DNA of 64,000 bases from an uncultured archaeon (GTDB taxonomy: Archaea; Aenigmatarchaeota; Aenigmatarchaeia; QMZP01; QMZT01), in contig CAYFWU010000002.1 of NCBI GenBank assembly GCA_964347025.1, forward strand, positions 5,187-69,186, written 5' to 3'. Each line of letters starts with the position of its first letter. Position 1 is the stretch's first letter. Position numbers and translations under genes: made by a program. Positions 28,508 through 35,686 of this stretch are shown one piece after another. The notes below the pieces were generated by a model that was given only the letters and a program-made list of their open reading frames with translations, was not told where the DNA came from and did not search any database.

Positions 28508-29425
28508 ATGAAAATAACCAAGATAACCAAGAAAAAGAAAAGTCTCCATCTGGATGTTGTTGCCCTTGTTAAGAAACTTGAGGTCATAATCAAGATTCTT
28601 GTGAACACACAGGTTTCGAGCAGATACAGAAGCGTGTTCAGGGGCAGGGGGCTGGAATTTGAGGACTTCAGGGTTTACACTCCCGGGGATGATGCAAAGG
28701 CGATTGACTGGAAGGCGAGCGTGCGGTCAAACGATATATTAGTTAAAGAGTACAGAGAGGAGAGGGACCTTGATGTTTATTTTTTGCTGGACGTGAGCTC
28801 ATCGATGATATTCGGTTCAACTGAAAAGCTAAAACTTGAGTATGCAGCAGAATTCGTGGCTGCATTCTCTTACTTCGTCATGAAGGCGGGTGATAAGGCA
28901 GGGCTTATAATGTTCAGCGATAAGGTGGTTAATGTCGTTCCAACTTCCACCGGTGATCAACATTTCTACATAATGTTACGTTCGCTGGTGAATGCCAGCC
29001 TTTACGGGGGCGGATACAACCTGAGCAAGGCAATAAAATTCTTGATGAATACGACAAGGCAGAGGGGTTTGCTCATTGTAGTTTCAGATTTCATAGGTCT
29101 GGAAAAGGGCTGGGATAGAATTGTAAAGACAGCGAGCGTAATGTTTGACGTAATTGGGGTAATGGTAAGGGACCCGAGGGACGAGAAACTCCCCAAGGAC
29201 ACAGGACAGATTGTTATTGAAGATCCGTACACAGATGCGAACGTGGTTCTCGACCCAAGAATGATAGCACCAGCCTACGAAAGATACGTTAGGAGAGAAG
29301 AAGAGAAGGTAAGAAAAGTGTTTTTAGGTTGTAATGCTGATTTCCTAAAACTCTCAACATCCGAATCGTTCGCGAAACCACTGATAGAGTTTTTCATAAA
29401 GAGGAGGCGGGTATCATCGATGTAA
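28508..29425 (+). CDS. DUF58 (vWA-like) protein, MoxR partner
   Basis: 305 aa. FEDFRVYTPGDDAKAIDWKASVRSNDILVKEYREERD, then LLDVSSSM. This is the DUF58 signature. Confidence 0.85.
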   Translation: MKITKITKKKKSLHLDVVALVKKLEVIIKILVNTQVSSRYRSVFRGRGLEFEDFRVYTPGDDAKAIDWKASVRSNDILVKEYREERDLDVYFLLDVSSSMIFGSTEKLKLEYAAEFVAAFSYFVMKAGDKAGLIMFSDKVVNVVPTSTGDQHFYIMLRSLVNASLYGGGYNLSKAIKFLMNTTRQRGLLIVVSDFIGLEKGWDRIVKTASVMFDVIGVMVRDPRDEKLPKDTGQIVIEDPYTDANVVLDPRMIAPAYERYVRREEEKVRKVFLGCNADFLKLSTSESFAKPLIEFFIKRRRVSSM

Positions 29426-29472
29426 CATTCTCAAATCCTCTTTATCTTTGGTTTCTGGTAGCCATACCTCTA

Positions 29473-30348
29473 ATGGTTCTTGCCCATTATTTAAGTCTCA
29501 GATTCACGAGGAGGAAGGCCCTCAAGTTTGCCAATTTCCCTGCAATAGAGAGTATAACAGGCAAGAAGATACTATCCAAAAACTACACGCTGTTGATACT
29601 GAGATTGGCAACCCTTTGTTTGCTGATATTTTCTGTGGCCGGAACCACCCTTTGGTATGAAGGACAAACTAGCGAATTTGATTTCATGCTGGCAATAGAT
29701 TCCTCAGGAAGCATGATGGCGACAGACTACACACCAAACAGGCTTGATGCCGCAAAGGGAGCTGCTCTCCTATTTGTTGATAACCTTCCGGAAAGATCAA
29801 ATGTTGGCATAGTTTCATTTGCCGGGGTAAGCTTTATCAAGCAGAAACCTACCTCCGATCTGGGAAAGATCGTAGGAGCAATAGAGAACATTTCGATAGA
29901 ACCTGTCGGAGGAACAGCGATAGGCTCCGCCATCATAACATCTTCTAACCTTCTTTCCGAGTCCGAACAGGCAAAGGTTTTGATCCTGCTGACCGACGGT
30001 CAGAACAACGTGGGACCTTCGATTGAAACCGCGATAGAATATGCGAACGAAAACTACATAACTGTTAACACAATAGGAATAGGAACAGAGGAGGGCGGCG
30101 GCTTCCCAAATCTGACATTCGTTTCAAAGCTCGACCCAAACACACTTAAGTTAATCTCAAATTCCACGGGCGGTAAATACTACGGGGCAAGGAATGAAAC
30201 AGCGCTTTCGGAAGCTTACAAAGAGATCGCACTTTCCAGTATACAAAAACTTTCAACAAACCTTTCGCTCCTTTTCCTGTTCTTGGCGATTATACTACTA
30301 TTCTTGGAATGGGGCCTTGCAAACACGAAATACAGAACACTACCATAA
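29473..30348 (+). CDS. vWA-domain membrane protein, BatA-like. The annotated ATG probably truncates the N-terminus.
   Basis: 291 aa from the ATG. It has the MIDAS motif AIDSSGSM and a C-terminal TM. The conserved BatA-type N-terminal segment (DVTFSNPLYLWFLVAIPL) lies in-frame upstream of the ATG with no canonical start codon. See the finding for this region. Confidence 0.75.
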   Translation: MVLAHYLSLRFTRRKALKFANFPAIESITGKKILSKNYTLLILRLATLCLLIFSVAGTTLWYEGQTSEFDFMLAIDSSGSMMATDYTPNRLDAAKGAALLFVDNLPERSNVGIVSFAGVSFIKQKPTSDLGKIVGAIENISIEPVGGTAIGSAIITSSNLLSESEQAKVLILLTDGQNNVGPSIETAIEYANENYITVNTIGIGTEEGGGFPNLTFVSKLDPNTLKLISNSTGGKYYGARNETALSEAYKEIALSSIQKLSTNLSLLFLFLAIILLFLEWGLANTKYRTLP

Positions 30349-30368
30349 AACAATTTATTTAGAATTAG

Positions 30369-32879
30369 TTATTTCTCCTTACCCAAACTTCTCATTATCT
30401 TGTTATACAACTTTATTATTTTTATGGTCTCCTCGTAAAGCTCCTCTTTCTTCTTATCCGGTATCTTGTCATAAAGGAATCTTATTTCGGAATAGATCTC
30501 ACTCGCTCCCTTGGAGTCCCTTCTCTTCAGAGCCTCCTCACCATCATATATCAGTTTTCTGAGTTTATCAAAGGTTTTGAGATCCTCCTTGGTAAACTTA
30601 ACTTTCTCCTTTGGCTTTTCCTTGACCTCCTTCAATTCCAACTCTATCTTTTCCTTTCTCGCCTCTGGCTCAATCTTTTTCAATTCCTTTTCTGCCCTCT
30701 CTCCGAGGGCATCCTCCATTTTCATTCCTGTCAGCCCCTCAACTATTCTTATGGCGTCCTTTATGGTAAGTACAAGTAATGTAACGGGAACTTCCTCTTT
30801 TCCATACTCTATCTCGGAAATACGTATTGAAAAGTGCGTTATCAGATCGGCAAGGTCTTTCTTTAATTTCTTCCTCCTGACAATTTCATTCAACTCAATG
30901 TAGGTGAATTTACGTCTCACCTCGAAAATCTTTGCAAAGAAGTTCCTCATAACCTTAGCGAATTCAGCTGATATCCTTCGGACGGGTTTCTTTCCAATCT
31001 CAAGCTGTATCATGTGAAGTCTTCGAAGGGTTGTGACACCCAGAAGCTGTACGTCAGTTAATATTGGTTTCTTCCTCCTTCTGTATGCCAAAGCAAGCAA
31101 ATACCAACCCCTGTAGAGCAGTATGGATGCCAGGGAGAGCGAAATTATAACGATCAGGTATTCACCCATAAGAAAACCGCAATCCTGGAAACAAGTGAAT
31201 ATCTCGTCTTTCTCGCATACACCGTCCCCGCATTTGGCCGGTATAACTATTTCACAGGGCGGGCAGGGTCCGCCACAGTCTATCCCGTCCTCGCAGATGA
31301 TTGTACCGTCTACCATTCTGTGGCAATTCTTAAGCTTATCGCTGCAGGTGGGACATGGCGGACAGGGTCCTCCACAATCCACAAGTATTTCACAAGATCC
31401 GTGGTGGCAATTCTGTACCTCGTCATTGCAGCTTGGCTCCGGTACGTACGTACAAGGTCTCATTTCAGATGGTTTGTCGAAGGTAGTCCCGCATTCGTTC
31501 TCATCCCAGCATTTCCTCGTCTGTATCTCATAAACAGGACATACGGACCACTCGGAACACCTCCAGTTCTCTATGCATACAGGCGGGGCAGCGGTAGGTG
31601 GAACTCCTCCGCTGGGTGGCGGCTCTATCGGAACATCTTTGACTATTAAGGTCCAGTTATGATAATCTGTCAGCAGACCATCTGATACTACCACGGTCAC
31701 GTTGTGTGTCCCGGCCGAGTCATAGCTTGCATAAAACACATAGCTGTCATTGATCTGACCTGATAATTCTGCTCCATTGAAGTACCATTGTGTCGAGGGC
31801 GTGGTTCCGTCTATATCTTCCTTGGTTATCCAGAAAAGTTGGGACTGCCCCTCACTGATTTCAATGGTGTAATTTTCAGGGTACCATGAAGTTATGTTGG
31901 GCGGGTGGTTAACCGCGACCACAGAGAAACTTATAACCTCCCAATCCCAGCAGATGGTATCCGATACCGAGATGTTTATCGTATAGGTTCCGTTATAGGT
32001 CTCGTTAACAAAGAAATTGATTATGCCTGTTATGGGGCTTATGTTGAAGAATGTTGAATTGTCGTAGAACGTGAGATTTGACCATGCCGGTATGACATCA
32101 TTATCGCTTGCGTTAACATCATAAAAATAGGTCTCGTTTATTATCGCTGTCTGCGCCCCTATCACATCCATAGCAGGACAATCGTTAATGTCCAGAATTG
32201 TGAATCTTACGGACTGCCAGTCCATGAGATCGTATGGATCCTTAACCCATATTATAACATCATGCACACCCACATCCATCTGGGTTGGGGTGAAATCTAT
32301 ATCCCCTGTGTCAGGGTCTATATCGAAAAACGTTGCTGTATCCCCGAAAGTTAACGTGTCGTTATCAGGGTCCGATGCGGTCACGGTGTAAGTGAAATGA
32401 TCACTCTGGTTTATCTCAAAGTCCGGTATAGGGTCGAGGATTGGAGCATAATTTTTCGGTATTACATTGAACTCCACAAATTCAGAATCCTCTTCAAGAC
32501 CACAGGTCCCATACAGCGTTATCCATACCCAGTGTACCCCGCTGTCATTCTCATTGGGGGTGAAGGAAATAATACCCGTCGTCCCATTGATTTCAAAAAG
32601 ATAAGTGTTATCGGTGAAGTAAGCACTCGTTTCGTTTCCTGTGTAGTTTACATCATAGAAATAAGGGTCCTCAACATACGCTGTCTGATTGCCTATGGGA
32701 ACGAGCTGGGCATTGGGATACGCGGTACAGGTATCAACGTAGCCTATCGCCTCTGTTGTAACCTTTGCTTCCATTCTCATAATATAAACCAAAACCTGAA
32801 GCATGAAAACAACTATAAAAATCACAATCAAGATCGCTATCACATTGTTTGAAACCTCTCTCATGCTAAACCCAAACAT
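30369..32879 (-). CDS. Bitopic receptor-like surface protein: Ig/cadherin-like repeats, Cys-rich DCGGPCPPC modules, a TM, and a ~260-aa K/E-rich cytoplasmic tail
   Basis: 836 aa. N-terminal anchor VIAILIVIFIVVFML; domain boundaries DINDCP and AVNHPPN; Cys modules LVDCGGPCPPCPTC and GIDCGGPCPPC; a second TM YLIVIISLSLASILLY followed by RRRKK and a long charged tail. Confidence 0.75.
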   Translation of the reverse strand: MFGFSMREVSNNVIAILIVIFIVVFMLQVLVYIMRMEAKVTTEAIGYVDTCTAYPNAQLVPIGNQTAYVEDPYFYDVNYTGNETSAYFTDNTYLFEINGTTGIISFTPNENDSGVHWVWITLYGTCGLEEDSEFVEFNVIPKNYAPILDPIPDFEINQSDHFTYTVTASDPDNDTLTFGDTATFFDIDPDTGDIDFTPTQMDVGVHDVIIWVKDPYDLMDWQSVRFTILDINDCPAMDVIGAQTAIINETYFYDVNASDNDVIPAWSNLTFYDNSTFFNISPITGIINFFVNETYNGTYTINISVSDTICWDWEVISFSVVAVNHPPNITSWYPENYTIEISEGQSQLFWITKEDIDGTTPSTQWYFNGAELSGQINDSYVFYASYDSAGTHNVTVVVSDGLLTDYHNWTLIVKDVPIEPPPSGGVPPTAAPPVCIENWRCSEWSVCPVYEIQTRKCWDENECGTTFDKPSEMRPCTYVPEPSCNDEVQNCHHGSCEILVDCGGPCPPCPTCSDKLKNCHRMVDGTIICEDGIDCGGPCPPCEIVIPAKCGDGVCEKDEIFTCFQDCGFLMGEYLIVIISLSLASILLYRGWYLLALAYRRRKKPILTDVQLLGVTTLRRLHMIQLEIGKKPVRRISAEFAKVMRNFFAKIFEVRRKFTYIELNEIVRRKKLKKDLADLITHFSIRISEIEYGKEEVPVTLLVLTIKDAIRIVEGLTGMKMEDALGERAEKELKKIEPEARKEKIELELKEVKEKPKEKVKFTKEDLKTFDKLRKLIYDGEEALKRRDSKGASEIYSEIRFLYDKIPDKKKEELYEETIKIIKLYNKIMRSLGKEK

Positions 32880-33291
32880 TGAGGTAAACTACCTGAAGCT
32901 TACCTGTATAGTTACCGATTTCCACATCCGTCGGAACTTCACAGCTGACTGATACGTTTTTCGATTCGCTGGGATCAAGAATGAAGTTGTTTTCCGAAAC
33001 ATAGACCCATTTTGATAAATCACCAAATGTTTTTATCTGTATCATATGTGGTCTGTCATCATTATTGTCGATTATTATCTTTCTTGTGGCCAGACCTCCT
33101 TTTCTGACCTTACCAAAGTATATAGCATCCGTATCCGTATTTATCCCTATCATCTTTCCTCCAACCACCTTTATGTGCATATCAACCTCTTCTGTCGAAA
33201 AGATAACAAAGTTCTCAAACCACAAATAAACGAAGGAAACAGCAATTATAACAACAGCGACAACAGCCAAAAGTTTGACCCCTCTTTTCAA
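32866..33291 (-). CDS. N-terminally anchored single Ig-like (PapD/ASH-like) domain protein (hypothetical)
   Basis: 141 aa. MKRGVKLLAVVAVVIIAVSFVYLWF, then IYFGKVRKGGLATRKIIIDNNDD...FILDPSESKNVSVSCEVP...GNYTGKLQV, a beta-sandwich pattern. Confidence 0.55.
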   Translation of the reverse strand: MKRGVKLLAVVAVVIIAVSFVYLWFENFVIFSTEEVDMHIKVVGGKMIGINTDTDAIYFGKVRKGGLATRKIIIDNNDDRPHMIQIKTFGDLSKWVYVSENNFILDPSESKNVSVSCEVPTDVEIGNYTGKLQVVYLNVWV

Positions 33292-33340
33292 GATACCACC
33301 AATATTTAAATTTGGTCAAAAAGAGTTAAATGCTTTCCAA

Positions 33341-34546
33341 TTAAGACAACTTTTTCTGTATAAACTTCTTCCTTCTTCTCCTCAGGGTTAAAACCGCCAT
33401 AATAGCGAATATTATTATCAGTATTATCACAGCGATCCACATGGGGTTTTTCACGATAAAGTCCAGGAATGACCACTCTTCCTCCACAACCTCCAACGTG
33501 AAGTCCATGGTATCGGTTCCGTTCAGGTAATAGAGCGTCGCTGTCCCCTGATATTCCCCTGGCCCCATCGCCTTCGAGGTGTCCCAGAAGTTGACGAAGT
33601 CTGTCTTTTTCCACGGATAGAGGGTTGAACTTGCACTCTGCGAACCTCCCGAATAACCATCTTTTTTAACATTAATGGAAACGTATGCGTTTTCCATTTT
33701 CTGACTCCAATAGCTTATCACAGTGGTTTTTATCGTTCCTATCGTGCCGTTGGTGATCTTTTCTGAGGTTACATTCAGTATCTTCGCGCTGGGCGAACCC
33801 ACTCTGAAGTCCTCGGAAGTGAACGTGCTGAAACCATCATAATCAATTGTCGCGTTTGCCAGGTACTCACCAGGCTCAACACTAGCCAGCCATTCAGCCT
33901 TAAATTTGGTCCACACCGAATGTTCCATGGATTCGCTGTTGGTTTTGACAAAGGCTATTTTATTTCTACCCTGATCGTAAATATCAATCGTTCCTTGTGC
34001 ATTTTCTATGGTTTGATTCCCTCTGTTTATTGCATCTATCGTGAATTTAACTATCTCGTTCACCTCTCCGCTTTCAACAGTTAACTCCGCCTCCACATAC
34101 TTGCCGGGGTACGCGAGGTGAATTATCAGGTCTGCTCCGACCCGCACCCTTCCTCCCACACCGGTCCCTCCGCTTCCGTCTGACCCGGTAACCACTTGGC
34201 CTGCCCAGATCCAGAGTCTGTGTCTCCCCGGTTTTTCCAGTTTTTCAGGCAACTGAACAACAACATCAGTACATTTAGTTCCGGTTGGCGTGGCCTTTGG
34301 ACCCAGTACAAAGCGTTTCTCGCTTATGGTCACGTATTCAGTCAGGTTTCCCTCTGCGGTCATCTCTACTTCGAAGTAACCTTGGAGAGAATTAGAGACG
34401 CAAACGTTTCTTTCAACCCTCATATTTGGCTGAAAATCGTACTCGCCCAACCCCCCTGGGGATATGCCTAGGGCAAATACGTTTGTTGGGAATATAAAAA
34501 TAAATATAAAAATAATTAAGAGTGTTTTTTTCACCATACTACTCAC
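33341..34546 (-). CDS. Secreted three-domain Ig/CARDB-like protein with a C-terminal TM anchor (paralogue of 38527-39795)
   Basis: 401 aa. Signal peptide KTLLIIFIFIFIFPTNVFA, LGISPGGLGEYDFQPN, YPGKYVEAELTV..., and the C-terminal TM WIAVIILIIIFAIMAVL followed by RRRRKK. Confidence 0.7.
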   Translation of the reverse strand: MSSMVKKTLLIIFIFIFIFPTNVFALGISPGGLGEYDFQPNMRVERNVCVSNSLQGYFEVEMTAEGNLTEYVTISEKRFVLGPKATPTGTKCTDVVVQLPEKLEKPGRHRLWIWAGQVVTGSDGSGGTGVGGRVRVGADLIIHLAYPGKYVEAELTVESGEVNEIVKFTIDAINRGNQTIENAQGTIDIYDQGRNKIAFVKTNSESMEHSVWTKFKAEWLASVEPGEYLANATIDYDGFSTFTSEDFRVGSPSAKILNVTSEKITNGTIGTIKTTVISYWSQKMENAYVSINVKKDGYSGGSQSASSTLYPWKKTDFVNFWDTSKAMGPGEYQGTATLYYLNGTDTMDFTLEVVEEEWSFLDFIVKNPMWIAVIILIIIFAIMAVLTLRRRRKKFIQKKLS

Positions 34547-34561
34547 GTTACTGAAATTTAC

Positions 34562-35299
34562 TTAACAGTTGTTTGATCCCTCAACTGTCACTGTCGTTTG
34601 CTTTCCACCCTCTGAAGTATCTGACGGCAAACCCAGCATAAAGTGAACTCTCATTTCGTCCGTACACTGAGATGCGTTCAGCTGAGTACAGATTGTGGTT
34701 GCTGATGTTCCGACATCTGTCCATTCCTCTGTGAGCGTTCCGACACAGGAATCCGGATAACCGGTTCCGGCACAGGTCGTACTTCCCCAGGTGCTCTCAT
34801 TCTGCTCTCCTGACATCTTGAATTCCGGTGTTTGTGCTGATCCTCCTATCCATGATTGCGGCGTGGCTGCTGCATAAAGCTTTATGCATGTCGATTCGTC
34901 GTTACCGTCGTTCTCAATTACGAATGGATCGGCGCAATTTCCTGAATCGTCGTTACCGCTTTTTCCATATGTACAATTGCCTTCTGTGTTGTTCCCCTCG
35001 CTTCCATTGTTGAAAAAACCTGCGTTGTTACGATCTCCCCACTGGTTTGACTCGTTGGAGTAAATTCGGTGTATAGTAGCTGTGTTGGTGTAACCGCTTC
35101 CGAAGAGAGTCTCGTTTCTAATCAGGGTTATGGATACCTCGCTCGTTATAGTCACGTTGGATTTTCCCGTTCCTGAGGTCGCAAATCCTGTATACTGCAA
35201 AACAGGAATCAGTGTTATCGTGTTCGCCAGTCCTACTATGGAAACCACTATGGCCACTATTAACAAACCTGCAAGCAAATTGTTTGATATTTCAGCCAT
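34562..35299 (-). CDS. Secreted Thr/Ser/Gly/Asn-rich protein with 8 Cys; candidate fibre or minor subunit (hypothetical)
   Basis: 245 aa. The N-terminus MAEISNNLLAGLLIVAIVVSIVG is homologous to the N-terminus of the adjacent 77-aa ORF. Confidence 0.6.
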   Translation of the reverse strand: MAEISNNLLAGLLIVAIVVSIVGLANTITLIPVLQYTGFATSGTGKSNVTITSEVSITLIRNETLFGSGYTNTATIHRIYSNESNQWGDRNNAGFFNNGSEGNNTEGNCTYGKSGNDDSGNCADPFVIENDGNDESTCIKLYAAATPQSWIGGSAQTPEFKMSGEQNESTWGSTTCAGTGYPDSCVGTLTEEWTDVGTSATTICTQLNASQCTDEMRVHFMLGLPSDTSEGGKQTTVTVEGSNNC

Positions 35300-35342
35300 A
35301 TCTATTTTTCCTCCTATTTATATCTTTATCAAAAGAGCATGA

Positions 35343-35576
35343 CTACTCTGTTTCACTCCCGCCAAGAACCTCAACTCCAACCACACCGCCGCTAAAAGTG
35401 GCAGGACTGGAGCTTTCCGGGTTCAGGATAGTTACACCCACGACCCCTGAACCTTCTGGTGGAGGGGCAACAGGAGCTACATAGAGATTGCTCAATATGG
35501 CATAGGTTCCCATTATCGATACTAAGACCAAGACCATAACGAGAACCAGCAATAATCTATTATCTATTTTAGCCAT
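35343..35576 (-). CDS. Small secreted/anchored protein, candidate major subunit (hypothetical)
   Basis: The track ORF uses a TTG at 35585; I prefer the ATG at 35576, giving 77 aa: MAKIDNRLLLVLVMVLVLVSIMGTYAILSNLYVAPVAPPPEGSGVVGVTILNPESSSPATFSGGVVGVEVLGGSETE. It is preceded by the duplicated 29-bp element. Confidence 0.55.
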   Translation of the reverse strand: MAKIDNRLLLVLVMVLVLVSIMGTYAILSNLYVAPVAPPPEGSGVVGVTILNPESSSPATFSGGVVGVEVLGGSETE

Positions 35577-35577
35577 C

Positions 35578-35635
35578 AATACCAACCCTCAAGCTTTATA
35601 TGAATAAATACCAACCCTCAAGCTTTATATGAATA
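35578..35635. repeat. Perfect tandem duplication, 2 x 29 bp (AATACCAACCCTCAAGCTTTATATGAATA)
   Basis: Copies at 35578-35606 and 35607-35635 are identical by direct reading. On the coding (minus) strand each copy reads TATTCATATAAAGCTTGAGGGTTGGTATT, with a TATA-like ATATAAA and an SD-like GAGGG. The proximal copy ends 1 nt before the ATG. Confidence 0.9.
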
Positions 35636-35686
35636 TATTTGTCTTAACTTATTTAAATTTATACTACACCAACCATTTATGGTTAT

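Noticed and set aside
33306-33614. A 102-aa ORF overlapping the 3' end of the 401-aa gene in another frame, together with similar embedded ORFs at 34126-34311, 36504-36743 and 47412-47774.
   Set aside because: They are entirely nested within longer ORFs that have coherent signal, domain and anchor architecture. They have no motifs and atypical composition.
34562-35576. Calling the 77-aa and 245-aa proteins type IV pilins or archaellins (class III signal peptides).
   Set aside because: There is no short basic n-region ending in [KR]-[GA] before the hydrophobic stretch. There is also no PilB/FlaI ATPase, PilC/FlaJ or prepilin peptidase nearby. I keep them only as 'subunit-like' on the basis of their shared N-terminus.
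35578-35635. Possible CRISPR array or other repeat array.
   Set aside because: There are only two directly abutting 29-bp copies with no spacers, and no cas genes in the window. I found no other short-period repeat array by eye. I treat it as a promoter/RBS duplication instead.
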